NCBI GenBank assembly: GCA_026023565.1 | Contig: JAPETS010000019.1 | Span: 496,001 to 560,000 of the forward strand | Direction: 5' to 3' | DNA length: 64,000 nucleotides | DNA from: Cirrosporium novae-zelandiae | Taxonomy: Eukaryota | In this document: one piece after another, positions 26,462-40,700 of the stretch | Layout: every line of letters starts with the position of its first letter | How positions within the stretch are numbered: the first letter of the stretch is position 1 | The notes under the pieces: generated by a model | The model's database searches: none | What the model saw: only the letters and a program-made list of their open reading frames with translations | Told to the model about the DNA's origin: nothing | Made by a program: the position numbers and the translations under genes

Positions 26462-27805
26462 ATGACAGTTAAACTAGAAAACGACGTATATTATATAATA
26501 TAAATTATTTAATAATTATTTATTAATAATTTAATAGGTTTATTACCAGTAATATAAAGATTTCGGGTTTCGAAATGATAACTGGCCTGCTTTTATTATA
26601 ACCGTAAATTCATTTTTATTTTATTTTATTTTTATATCAGTATAATCAATTTCTAACGTATTACAAATCTATTAAAACGAAAAAAATATCAAAATTAATT
26701 TAGAAAAATTATTTTGTCGATACAAAAAAGGCGACGTATAATATTCGAATCGGATAAATATATTTTATTATTAATTAATTAGAAATCGATTATTAATCGA
26801 TTATAATAGATAGAAACGATTTCAAAATCTTTCTAATTTTAAGAACCACGTCAGATCCGCGTATAATAAATATAAAAGAACGCGTACAAGAACGATATTA
26901 AAAAAAAAACGTATAAAATTAATAAATATATAGAAATAATATAATAAATTAGTAATAATTTATTAATCGATTATTAATCGATTAAAATTCTACCGTATTT
27001 TAGCTGAGGTTGAAAATAATAAAAAAATAAATAATAATAATATAGAGCCCGTATTAAAATCACCCTCAAAAAATCAATATATAGGAGTACCTGGAATGCT
27101 GGAATAGCTTTACGATAAAAAAAGATTGGTACGTATTAATCGATTAATAATCGGTTTTAAATCAATTATTAATTGATTATTTAGATTGATTTCAAAACCG
27201 CAAAAAAAATGGTTAACGTATCAGGGAAAATCAAATATAATAGAGGCAAAAACGTAAAAAGTAAGTTTTAATTATATATAATTGATTAGAAATCGATTTT
27301 AATTAATTTTATTTAATTGTATGCTAGTACAATTACGATTTCTGCGAATTTATAACGAATTTTGAACGTATAAACGACGATTTGATCAACAGATCATATA
27401 AAAAAATAAAATAATTATTATTAATAATTTTTAATCGATTGCTAATTAATTATAGGCTAGTAATATATTAATTCCGGGAAAAAATACTAGAAATATTCCT
27501 TCGACGCCTACGAAAAAAATACGTCGTTCTCGATAATTACAAATTCTTGTACGTTATAATATTCGCTAAAATCTAATTATAAATTTAATCGATTTTTAAT
27601 TGATTTTTAATCGATTCCTAATTAATTACTACAGTTTATTGATAATAAAACCGAAAAATCTAATAATAATAATAGAAATCAAGCTTTTCCCGAAAACAAC
27701 GAAAAAATACCAGAGAATATATATACAGATAATAGGAGAAATCAATATACTAAACAAAATAATGGAAGTGAATATCTTGGAAAAAATAGAGAGACTACAA
27801 AATAA
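26462..27805 (+). pseudogene. Second gene of the MULE-like element, unknown function, ~7 short introns, RIP-mutated
   Basis: ATG at 26462 (MTVKLEND...DFGFRNDNWPAFII...); recognisable introns e.g. 26603-26640, 27130-27184 (GTACGT...TAG), 27261-27327 (GTAAGT...TAG), 27549-27633 (GTACGT...CAG); the exon stops I read are mostly TAA/TAG reachable by C>T or G>A. End approximate. Confidence 0.6.
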
Positions 27806-27950
27806 TCGATTAATAATCTTTTATTAATCGATTATAAATAAAATAGTACGAAAAAAATAGATAACTAATTAATCTATTAGAAATCGATTAAAAATAGATT
27901 TTTATTCTCTATCTATTGTATCTCGTAATCGTTGTCTTCTTTCTAAATTC

Positions 27951-30537
27951 GATGCGCTTGCGTGTCTGACACACCGAATAGAAGAGGGGTTTAACCGAAA
28001 ACAGGTGACTCACACCCTATTTATAGACGTGAAAAAAACGTTTAATTATATATTGCGGTTTAGATTAATACAACGCCTAGAACAATTAGAAATCGATAAA
28101 AATATTATTAGATAGGTAGCCAGCTTTATAGCCTAACGAAGCGTCGAATTGGTAATCGACGGAGAAATATAATCCCGAATCAGTATAGAAACGGGGGTAC
28201 CGTAAGAGTTATCCGTATCCCTAATATTATTCCTAATATATTGCAGTGGGCTATTCGCAGCCGTAGAACAGACGGTCCCTAAGATCAAAGCCCTATTATT
28301 CGTGGACGACGTGAATTTCTCGACTACCTATATAAATAATAAATAAACCTAGAAAATTATTTAATAAATAACGAAAGCGGCGGTTCAATAAAAAAAAAAA
28401 AATAAACTAAAATTCGACGCCCAAAAAATTAAAATTATAACGTTTTTTAAATTACGTAAATATCAAATTTAAATAAATACGAAACCGAAAATTAGAATCG
28501 ATAATTATTCGATCGAATATAAAAAAAATTACGTACGGTAATTAAATATATAATTAAACCCGAAATTTAATTTTTAAATCTATTATATTTAATATTTAAT
28601 TAAAATTAAACGCGCGGAAAACGTAATTAAATATATATATTACCGAAACGGATTATTTACGGGGTTTACGCGCCAAATAACCGTAACGACGATAGTATTA
28701 ATCTATATATACAGGTGCGAGATCTGGTAGAAAAGGTAAATCGGGTATTAAATAGAATTTCAAAAACTGCTAAATAAATTTATAAAATTAATAATGGAGA
28801 TCTATAAAATAACCCTAATAACAATAATTATATAAAAAATCTGTATATATCCCGTAAACGTAATATTAAATACCGCGTAAAAAAAATATAGATTTCGGTA
28901 TTTCTAAAAAACCGAAAAAAATTTAACGAATTTAATATTATCGATAATATTCAGAATAAAAAACGTAAACGTTTAATTAAAAAAATAACCGCTAAAAAAT
29001 TTCTAATAAATTTAAAAAATTAAAAAAAATACGTTAAATTAATATTTAATTATAACGATAATCTAAAAAATAATAAATCTAAATTTTAGAATCGAAAAAA
29101 CCCAAATAATCGAAAAAAATAGATTTTTAAAAAAAATAATAATATTTTTAAAATAATAGGCTTTCAGCGAGGCGTTAACGTAGAACTAAAAAAACGTATA
29201 TTAGTCGGACGGATTTAAATTAAAAAACCGCAAGATAAAAACGGGAATAATTTAGAAAATAGCCGAAAAAACCCTATAAATAATACGGAAATATTATTTA
29301 AATTAAAATAAAAAAATATTCGATATAAAATTTTAAAAAACGCAAATAGTCTTATAAATAGCGGTTAAAACGTACCCGAATAATTATAAAACCCCCGGAA
29401 AAAAAATAATAATATTATTTGATTCGCAAACGGCTATCAGACGGATCGAAAAAAAAAAATTAGAAAAAAACTAAATAATCATATAAAAAATATACGAATA
29501 TACCAGATATTTAATAGATTAAAAAACGAAAATCGCTATTAAATAAATTCTAAAATATTACGGGATATTAAAAAACGAAATAATAAATTAAACGGCCAAA
29601 ATAAATATAATATTAAAAAATAATAGAATAATCGAATAAATTTCGTTGGCCTATATAATCCGTAATATAACGGAAAAACAAATAATAAAAACGTACAATT
29701 AATTACGTAATTAAAAAATAAAAAAATCGCCCGATAAACTATATCGAATATATCCGAAATATAAAAAAGATCGGGTGCTAGAATACGCGCCTAAAAAATT
29801 AATAAATAAATTTTATTAAATAAAAACGAAATACGCCGTTATCGGGGAATATATATATCGTATAAAAATTATTATTATTTTAGAATATTAATAATACAGG
29901 GTTTTATATTAAAACGTTTTTTATTTAATATTAATATATCCGCGCTAAAGAACGATTAAAACCCAATTATAAAAAATAATAAAAAAATAAAAAAACTAAT
30001 AATCTAATATAACCGAAAAAAAAAAACTAGTATTCGTATTAAAAAACCGAAAATTTTTTAAAAATTGGGTGCGTTTTTTGGGTAATACGGAGATGGGGAA
30101 GCCCCAGTCCTGGGTCAGATACGAAACGGAAAATCGTAAGGCGTACCTGGATTAGGGGTGGGTAGAACCTGGACACGGGGGGGATAAGGACCCGGACGTA
30201 GGTGTTAAATAAAAACGGGGTCCGTAATAGATACGCGGGGTAAGCGTATACGAAAACAAGGACTGAAAAAATCGAAAATAAATACGAATGGGCCTATTTA
30301 TAAATTACGAATACCGAAATAACGCTAAAAAACTATCCGGTTAAATAAATCAGATGATTCTAGGAAACCCAAAAAAGGGGGGAAACTATATAACCGAATC
30401 AGAGAGATAACCCCTACCATTTTAATTAAAAATAAACCCGAAAAAAAATACGAAAAAATCTAAAAACCCCCGAATAGAATCTGTTATAATTTCTAAACGG
30501 TATATAGATATAAAATAATAAATAATTATTATTATTA
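27951..30537 (+). mobile_element. Tad1-like LINE copy A, 5'-truncated (RT C-half plus RNase H), RIP-mutated
   Basis: Begins in RT: DALACLTHRIEEGFNRKQVTHTLFIDVK, GVP*xxxVSxILFLIY, FVDD (~28300); RNase H-like (W)SDG (~29203) and DSQxAI (~29421); (ATT)n tail; TSD GTTGTCTTCTTTCTAAATTC 27931-27950 vs ATTATCTTTTTTCTAAATTC 30534-30553 (transitions only). Confidence 0.88.
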
Positions 30538-31120
30538 TCTTTTTTCTAAATTCTCTAATTCTAATGTTTCCGCCTGTGCTTCTAACAACCGTGTTTGAAC
30601 TTGGAAACGTTGATTTTCCAAAGTTTCTTGTACTGTTGTACTAGATTTTATACCTAATAAAAGTATTCTAGATCTAGATCTATATAATTGATTAGCAATC
30701 GATTAATAGCCGGTTAGGAATAAATTAATAATCAATTAATAATTAATTATTTACTTTGATGAAGAATTTCTATTTTCAATTGATCTACCACGTATTAATC
30801 GTGTGGCTGAACGTATATATCCGGACGATGAGCTAGGAATAGAAGCCAAATCATTCAAATTGTTATTATTATCAGGTTCAGGTCGACCTCTTTTACGAGA
30901 TTGAACTCGTTTCGCGGTTGCTCTACGATCTGAATAATTAATTAATAATCGATTTCTAATCGATTTAGGAAAAATTCAAATCTTCGTCTAAATTATATCG
31001 AGCATATCTTTGATTTATACTTGAATCGCGATAAGTTGGTCGTATAATTTGAGTCGAATAGGTTTGCTGTTGTCGGAGAGCGGTTAAATCAATAATAATA
31101 TATCTAAATAGATTAATAAT

Positions 31121-34100
31121 AATAATTATTTATTATTTTATATCTATATACCGTTTAAAAATTATAATAGATTTTATTCGGGAGTTTTTAGATTTTTTCG
31201 TATTTTTTTTCGGGTTTACTTTTAATTAAAATAGTGGGGATTATTTTTTTAATTCGGTTATATAATTTCCCCCTCTTTTTGGGTTTTTTAGAATTATCTG
31301 ATTTATTTAACCGGATAGTTTTTTAGCGCTATTTCGGTGTTCGTAACCTATAAATAAATCTATTCGTATCTATTTTCGATTTTTTCAGTCTTTACTCTCG
31401 TATACGTTTACCCCACGTATCTACTACGGACCCCGCTTTTACCCAACACCTATTTCGTCCGGATCCTTATCCCCCCTATATCCGGGTTCTACCCACCCCT
31501 AATCCAGGTACGCCTCACGATTTTCCATTTCGTGTCTGGCCCAGGACTGGGGCTTCCCCACCTCCGTATTACCCAAAAAATATATCTAATTTTTAAAAAA
31601 TTTTCGGTTCTCTAATACGAATATTAGTTTTTTTTTTTCGGTTATATTAAATTATTAATTTTTTTATTTTTTTATTATTTTTTGTAACCAGGTTTTAATC
31701 GTTTTTTAGCGCGGATATATTAATATTAAATAAAAAATATTTTAATATAAAATCCCGTATTATTAATATTCCGGGATAATAATAATTTTTATACGGTATA
31801 TATATTTTCCGGTGGCGGCGTATCCCGTTTTTATTTAATAGAATTTATTTATTAATTTTTTAAACGTGTATTTTAATATCCGATTTTTTTTATATTTCGG
31901 GTATATTCGATACGGTTTATCGGGCGATTTTTTTATTCCTTAATTATATAATTAATTATACGTTTTTATTACCCGTTTTTTAATTATATTACGGATTATA
32001 TAAATTAACGAAATTTATTCGATTATTTTATTATTTTTTAATATTATATTTATTTTAGTTATTTAATCTATTATTTCGTTTTTTAATACCCCGTAATATT
32101 TTAGAATTTATTTAATAACGATTTTCGTTTTTTAATTTAATAACGATTTTCGTTTTTTAATTTATTAAATATTTGATATATTCGTATATTTTTTATACGA
32201 TCGTTTAATTTTTTTTTAATTTTTTTTTTTCGATCCGTTTAATAGCCGTTTGCGAATCAAATAATATTATTATTTTTTTTTCGGGGATTTTATAATTATT
32301 CGGGTACGTTTTAACCGCTATTTATAAAATCGTTTACGTTCTTTAAAATTTTATATCGAATATTTTTTTATTTTAATTTAAATAATATTTTCGTATTATT
32401 TACAAAATTTTTTCGGTTATTTTTTAGATTATTCCCGTTTTTATTTTACGGTTTTCTAATTTAAATTTATTCGATTAATATATATTTTTTTAATTCTATA
32501 TTAACGTTTCGCTAAAAATTTATTATTTTAGAAATATTATTATTTTTTTTAAAAATCTATTTTTTTCGGTTATTTAAATTTTTTCGATTTTAAAATTCGG
32601 ATTTATTATTTTTTAGATTATCGTTATAATTAAATATTAATTTAATATATTTTTTTTAATTTTTTAGATTTATTAAAAATTTTTTAACGATTATTTTTTT
32701 AATTAAACGTTTATATTTTTTATTTTAAATATTATCGATAATATTAAATTCGTTAAATTTTTTTCGATTTTTTAAAAATACCGAAATCTATATTTTTTTT
32801 ATATAATATTTAATATTATATTTATAAAATATATATAGATTTTTTATATAATCGTTATTATTAGAATTATTTTATAGATTTCTGTTATTAATTTTATAAA
32901 CTTATTTAATAATTTTTGAAATTTTATTTGATACCCGATCTGTTTTTTTTATTAAATCTCGTATCCGTATATATAAATTAATATTATCGTCGTTACAATT
33001 ATTTAGCGCGTAAACTCCGTAAATAGTCCGTTTTGGTAATATATATATTTAATTACGTTTTCCGCGTGTCTAATTTTAATTAAACGTTAGACGTAATAAA
33101 TTTAAAAATTAAATTTCGGGTTTAATTATATATTTAATTATTATACGTAATTTTTTTTATATTCGATTGGGTAATTATCGACCCTAATTTTCGATTTCGT
33201 ATTTATCTAAATTTAGTATTTACGTAATTTAAAAAACGTTATAATTTTAATTTATTTTTTTTTTTTTATTGAATCGTTATTTTCGTTATTTATTAAATAG
33301 TTTTCCGGGTTTGTTTATTATTTATATAAATGATCGAGAAACTCACGTCGTCCACAAATAATAGAGTTTTGATTCTAAAAACCGTTTACTTTACGGCTGC
33401 GAATAGCCCGCTATAATATATTAGGAATAATATTAGGGATATAAATAATTTTTATAATACCCCCGTTTTTATACTGATTCGGGGTTATATTTCTCCGTCG
33501 ATTATTAATTCGATGTTTCGTTGGATTATAAAATTAATTATTTATTTAATAATATTTTTATCGATTTCTAATTATTTTAAATATTATATTAATTTAAACC
33601 GTAATATATAATTAAACGTTTTTTTTACGTTTATAAATAAAATATAAATTATTTATTTTCGATTAAATCTTTTTTTTATTCGGTATATCAAATACGTAAA
33701 CGTATCGATTATATTCCGGTTACGTTTCGATCTAAATTAATTTTTATATAATTTATTCAGATTTTCGTATATATCCGTTAGCGCGTTAATTATAATTTTT
33801 TCGATTATTTTATTTAAATAATATAATAGATTTATTATTCTATAATTTTTAATTAATATTTTATCGGTTTTTCCGGATTTAAATAATAATATTCCCTAGA
33901 TATATTTTTATTGCGTCGGATAATATTTTAATCGGAAATAATATCGGATTATTTTTATTATTTTATAAAAATCTTATTATTATAATATACGGAGCGTTTT
34001 AAATTAGGTTCCGTTATATTTTAAAGATTTATTCGTATTTTATACGTATAATATTTTCCGTACTGTTTTCTCAAATAATTATTAGACGAATATTTTTTTT

Positions 34101-37100
34101 ATTAAAAATTCAGATTCGGGGTTTTTTAAAAATAATAGAAAAATTCGTTTTTATATAAAAATTTTTTTATTTTTAATTTCTATTATTATTCTCCCGTTTT
34201 TTATACGGAACGCCGGTATTGGGTCTCGGTTTTAAAATTTATAGTATTTTAATATTTTTTATTTTTATTAAATATTTTCGAGATTTAAAAATTTATTTAA
34301 ATCGTTTTTTTTTATATATATTTAAAAAAAATCGGTTTATTTATTTTTTTTTTTAATTTTAATTAATTTTATAAATTTCTTAAACACCGTTTTAGTTTTT
34401 CCGTAAATCCGGCGTTTTTATTTCGTTTTTTTAAACGTTATATAATATTCGTGTTTTTTAACGGTATATTCGGGATTCTACCAAATTTTCGATTAAATAT
34501 ATATCCGTTTAGATTTTGCGTATTTATTTAGAATAATTTTTAGTTAAATAATAATCCTTTATATCTCGTTTTCCAGCTGCGTTTCCGTATAATTTACGAT
34601 TAATATATCTTTCGTAATTAATTAGAATTCTTATTTTTATTTCGTTTTAATTTATTATTAAAGGTTTTCCAGCGGTTTTAAATCCTACGAATTCGGGGTT
34701 GATTAACCTGTTTTTGGGCGATAATCCCCCTATTCGAATTAAATAAAGGTGTGATCTGAATTAATTCCTAATTTATTATTTACGTTATCGATTACCGCGT
34801 TTATTGATTATTTTTAAAATAATTCTATCGTAAAATTAATTATTATTAAATTAATTATTAAATAACGAACCGATTTTTTTCCGAACCAAATATTTTAGAT
34901 AGTATTATTTTATATTATTAAATTTTATTTTTTTATAAATATTATTAAAGGCGCGTCGTTTATATAAATAATTCGTTCGGGTTTTTATATTAGATTATAA
35001 ATATTAAAATCCTTTATTAATATTATTTTATTATTATTAAAAATAGATTTTTATTCTACGTTTTATAAAATTTTTTTAGATTTTTATTATCGGTTTTATT
35101 TTTAAAAATATATATTTTTCAATTTTTGGTCGTAGACGTTAATTATTCTGATCGGGTTTTCTATTTTTCCGTTTGCGTTTATTATACTGATATCTAGCGC
35201 TACGAAATAAAAATAATTAATTAAATCGATTTTTACGGTTATTTTAAAAACGACGTTTTTTCGATTTCTGCGTATAATAGTAACCGTTTTTACGGTTTTA
35301 TATCCTGTTTGGGCCCTTAATTCGGGCCAATAAAAATCTTACGCCGGATATAATATTTTTTTTTTTAATTTTTGACCAGGTTCCTGTAATAATATTATAT
35401 CCGTTCCGGTTTATATAATCGATTCTAGAATTACGATCGTTATATCGTATTTTTTATAATAATTATATTATAGTATTTTTATTTATAATTCGGATATATC
35501 GCTATTTATTTACGGTACGGGTATTACCGGTATTTTCGGTATTATCGATATTTCGGGTATTATTTACGTTTTTTCCCCCGTTTTTTTCTGGGGTTCGGGG
35601 GTTTTTGGTTTTTGGTTAAAATTTTTTAAATTTCTTTTTTTTTTTAGAGGGACCAGCACGTAAAACGATTATATAACGTTTTTTCGGCGTTTTTTTTTCG
35701 TATATTCTGCCCCTGTTTTTCGGGTAGCTGGGTATTTTCCGTCCGTGGCTATATAAAGGCCTAGACAGTTTATATATTTCAATAAAATATATATATAAAT
35801 CCTTATATACGCGGGCTTATATTTTATTATCCGATACCAGTGATCTTGCGTTTCGTATATTTCCGCGTATATAATATATCTAGGGGCTCTATTTTTATAT
35901 TCCAGGAATAATTTATACTCTAATTAAGCGTATTTTAGGCACGTTTTATTTATTTCTAATATAAATTATTAAATATATCGAAATCTGCGTTCCGTTAAAT
36001 AATAATTTTCGATTCTTTATTTTTCGTATATTATAAACGAAAACCCTATTTTAATTGAAATAATATATTTCTCTAATATAAACCCGGTTCGTACCTATTT
36101 TTAATAATATTTTTCCGGTATTATTTATACGACTATTATATCGCGGGATAATTAATATATATTTTCTAGATTTTTTTTTATTAGATTTAGCCTATCTGAA
36201 CCCCCAAATATTTCTAGAAATATTTTTTATATTTTTATTTAATATAGGGTTTCTAATAAATATATATTTATTATCGCGTTATTTATTTTCGTTGCGGTTT
36301 TTAAAATCTTTTATTTATATTTGGATATTAATATATCTATATTAGTTTTTTTATTAAATATAGTTTTTAGATTGTTTTTTTTATTAATATAGGTTTCCCG
36401 CACCCGTAATTCAGGCGGTGCGTCTAAATTAATTAATTTAACGTTAATCGCCGTTATTACTGGTACCGTAAAATCCGAATATTCGGTTTTTTTTTTGTTA
36501 AAAATCAGTATTTTCTGATTTTTAGTTTTTGTGTCCCCGTCTGCGGAACCAGTGCGTTTTTTTTTACGGGGTTTGATTATTTACTATTTTTTATTAGGTT
36601 TATTTATTATTCTATTAACTATTTTGGTATAAATAAACCCCGTAGATTCCGGCGTTATTTTTATAGGACCCTGTTTCGGGGCTTTCAGTGCCAACGGTAG
36701 AGCCTTCTGTCTGATTATTTTTGCCGTTTATTAGGGATTTTTCTAAGTTTTTTTATCCGTTTATATTATTGTTCGCGTATTAGATACCTACGATCCGGTT
36801 ATTATATCCGTTCGGGGCGCTATTAGAGAGGGTATTATTTTTTTTTTTTTTATTACCTGTTCGGGCTTAATTACCGGGATTATATAATCCTTATTTATAG
36901 AATTTTCCGTCCCGCTATATATAATTTCTGCGGCCTTTACCCGGATTTATAATATCTGGATTATTATTATAGTTATTTCCCTAATTATTAAAAATTTTTA
37001 TTTAATCATATATAATTTTTTCTAGCTTTTTTTTTAGGCCTTTATAGTTTTATTGCCTCGTTTTTCCAGAACGATTATTCGGGTTTTTAGACCGAAAAAT

Positions 37101-37554
37101 ATCTCCCGTAGCTGTACCGTAAAATCGTCGGTTTTTAAAACCTAATATATTTTTTCCCCGACTGCGGGAAATATATATATTACTGTATATCTAGCCGTTT
37201 GCTCGATTAGGGTATCCCAGTTATTAATCTGCTTTTTTTTGGGGTTTTTTTTTTCTTATGAAATTTTTCGACGACGTTTCTTTAATCGTTTTTTTCTTAA
37301 AATAGGGATTATAATACCGAATCGCTAGATTTTATTATAAAATTTTATTCCGGTTCGTTCGATTCGTTTTTTAGGCGCTGTCGCTTTCTCGTATCCGTCT
37401 GGTTCTCGCTAATAGTACGTATTCTTTTAATCCCCGATATTTTCTTATTACTGCTAAACTTTATAGACCTTAAATAAACGTTAACTATTTCGTATAATAA
37501 TCGTTACAATAATGAATTGATTTAGTGGCGTGGGATCACCAAAAAACGTTTTTT
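31121..37554 (-). mobile_element. Tad1-like LINE copy B, full length ~6.4 kb, RIP-mutated
   Basis: ORF1 knuckle (C)xNCLGx(H)xAT (~35750), APE endonuclease DIILLQEP (~35390), RT and RNase H colinear with copy A; TSD TCTAAATAGATTAATAAT at 31103-31120 and 37621-37638; private 25-bp tandem duplication near 32110-32160. Confidence 0.88.
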
Positions 37555-37771
37555 ATTAACGGTAGTAATTATTACTCGAATACGTTTGATAGAATAAATA
37601 ATAAATATCTATAATTCTTCTCTAAATAGATTAATAATCGACTACCAATCGATTTTTTATAGATTACTTATATTTTGACCGTTTCTGCTAATTCGTATAT
37701 TGATTGGTATATTTTTATACGATAATACTCCTGTTCCATTAGATTACTGTGTCGAAGAATAATTTCCTAAA

Positions 37772-40700
37772 TAATAATAATAATTATTCATTGTTTTATA
37801 TCTATATATCGCTTAGAAGCTATAACGGACTCTACTCGGGGGCTTTTAGGCCTTTTCGTATCCCTTTTCGGGCTTACTTTTAGCTAAGATAGTGGGGGTC
37901 ACCCCCCTGGTTCGGTTATATAGTTTCTCCCTCTTTTTAGGTTTCCTAGAATCACCTGATTTATTTAACCGGATAGTTTTTTAGCGCTATTTCAGTATTC
38001 GTAGCCTATAAATAGGCCCACTCGCACCTATTTCCGATTTTTTCAGTCCTTATTTACGTATACGCTTACCCCGTGTATTTATTACGGGCCCAATTTTTAT
38101 CCAATATTTACGTTTAGATCGTTTTTTTTTTTATATCCGGGTTCTATCTACCCCTAATCCAGGTACGCTTTACGATTTTCCGTTTCGTATTTAGCCCAGG
38201 ACTGGGGTTTCTTTATTTCCGTATTACCTAAAAAACGTATCTAATTTTTAAAGAATTTTCGGTTTTTTAATACGAATACTAATTTTTTTTTTTCGGCTAT
38301 ATTAGATTATTGGTTTTTTTATTTTTTTATTATTCTTTGTATCTGGGCTTTAATTGTTTTTTAGCGCGGGTATATTAATATTAAATAAAAAACGTTTTAA
38401 TATAAAATCTCGTATTATTAATATTTTGGGATAATAATAATTTTTGTACGATATATATATTCCCCGGTAACGATATACCCCGTTTTTATTTAATAAAATC
38501 TATTTATCAGTTTTTTAAACGCGTATTCTAATACCCGATTTTTTTTATATTTCGGATATATTTAATACGGTTTATTAGGCGATTTTTTTATTTTTTAATT
38601 ATATAACTGGTTATACGTTTTTATAATCCGTTCTTCCGTTATATTACGGGTTATATAAATTAGCGAAATTTATTCGATTATTTTATTATTTTTTAGCGCC
38701 GCGCTTATTTTAATTATTTAATTTGTTGTTTCGTTCCTTAGTATTTTATAATATTCTGGGATCTATTTAATAACGATTTTCGTCTTTTGATCGACTAGAT
38801 ATTTAATATACGCGTATACCCCCTGTACGATCGTCTGGCCTTTTTCTAATCCTTTTTTTTCGATCTATTTAATAGCCGCTTGTGAGTTAAGCAATACCAC
38901 TATTTTTTTTCTGGGGGTTTTATAATTATTTGGGTACGCCCTAACCGCTATTTATAGGGCCGTTTGCGCCCTCTACAGCTCTATATCGAATACCTTCTTA
39001 TTTTAATCTAGATAGTATTTCCGTATCGTTTATAAGATTTTTTCGGCTGTTTTCCAGATTATTCCTATTTTTATTTTGCGGTTTTTTAGTTTAAATCCGT
39101 TTAATTAATATACGTTTTTTTAGTCTTACGCTAGCGTTTCGCTGAAAACCTATTATTCTAAAAATATTATTATTTTTTTTAAAAATCTATTTTTTTCGGT
39201 TATTTAAGTTTTTTCGATTCTAAAATTTAGATTTATTATTTTTTAAATTATTATTATAATTAAATATTAATTTAATATATTTTTTTTAATTTTCTAGATT
39301 TATTAGAGATTTTCTAACGATTATTTTTTTAATTAAATATTTACGTTTTTTATTTTAAACGTTATCGATAATATTAAATTCGTTAAATTTTTTTCGGTTT
39401 TTTAAAAATACCGAAATTTATATTTTTTTTATATAATATCTAATATTACGTTTATAAAATATATATAAATTTTTTATATAATCGCTGTTATTAAAATTAT
39501 TTTATAGACCCCTATTATTAATCTAATAAATCTATTTAATAATTTTTGAAATTCTATTTGATAACTGGTTTGCTTTTTCCATCAAATCTTATACCTGTAT
39601 ATATAAATTGATATTATAATCGCCACGGCTATTTAGCGCGTAAACCCCGTAGATAGCCCGTTTCGGTAATATATATATTTAACTGCGTTTTCCGTATATT
39701 AGGCTTTAGTTAATCGCTAGACGTAATAGATCTAAAAATTAAATTTCGGGTTTAATTATACGTCTAATTACCGTATATAATTTTTTTTATATTCGATTAA
39801 ATAATTGTCGATCTTAATTTTCGGTTTAATATTTATTTAAATTTAATATTTACGTAATTTAGAAAAAGCTATAATTTCAGTTTTTTGGGCGTCGAATTCT
39901 AGTTTATTTTTTTTTTTTTATTGGACCGCCGTTTTTATTATTTATTAAATAATTTTCCGGGTTTATTTATTATTTATATAGGTGGTCGAGAAACTTATAT
40001 CGTCCACGAATAATAGGGTTTTGACCCCAGGGACTATCTGCTCTACGGCTGCGAATAGCCCGCTGTAATATATTAGGAATAATATTAGGGATACGGGTGA
40101 TTTTTATAGTACCCCCATTTCTATATTGATTCGGGATTGTATTTCTCCGTCGATTATTAATTTAATATTTCGTTAGATTATAAAATTAGTTATTTATTTA
40201 ATAATATTTTTATCGATTTTTAATTATTTTAAATATTATATTAATTTAGACCGTAATATATAATTAAATATTTTTTTAATATTTATAAATAAAATATAAA
40301 TTATTTATTTTCGATTAAATTTTTTTTTTATTCGGTATATTAAATACGTAAACGTATTAATTACGTTTCGATTACGTTTCGATTTAAATTAATTTTTATA
40401 TAATTTATTTAGATTTTCGTATATATCCGTTAGCGCGTTAATTATAATTTTTTCGATTATTTTATTTAAATAATATAATAGATTTATTATTTTATAATTT
40501 TTAATTAATATTTTATCGGTTTTTTTGGATTTAAATAATAATATTTTTTGGATATATTTTTATTACGTCGGATAATATTTTAATCGGAAATAATATTGGA
40601 TTACCCCCGTTATTTTATAAAAATTCTATTATTATAATATACGAAACGTTCTAAATTAGATTCCGTTATATTTTAAAATTTTATTCGTATTTTATATATA

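Noticed and set aside
30100..31560. Large inverted repeat or LTR pair
   Set aside because: These are the 3' ends of LINE copies A (+) and B (-) facing each other, each with its own tail and TSD.
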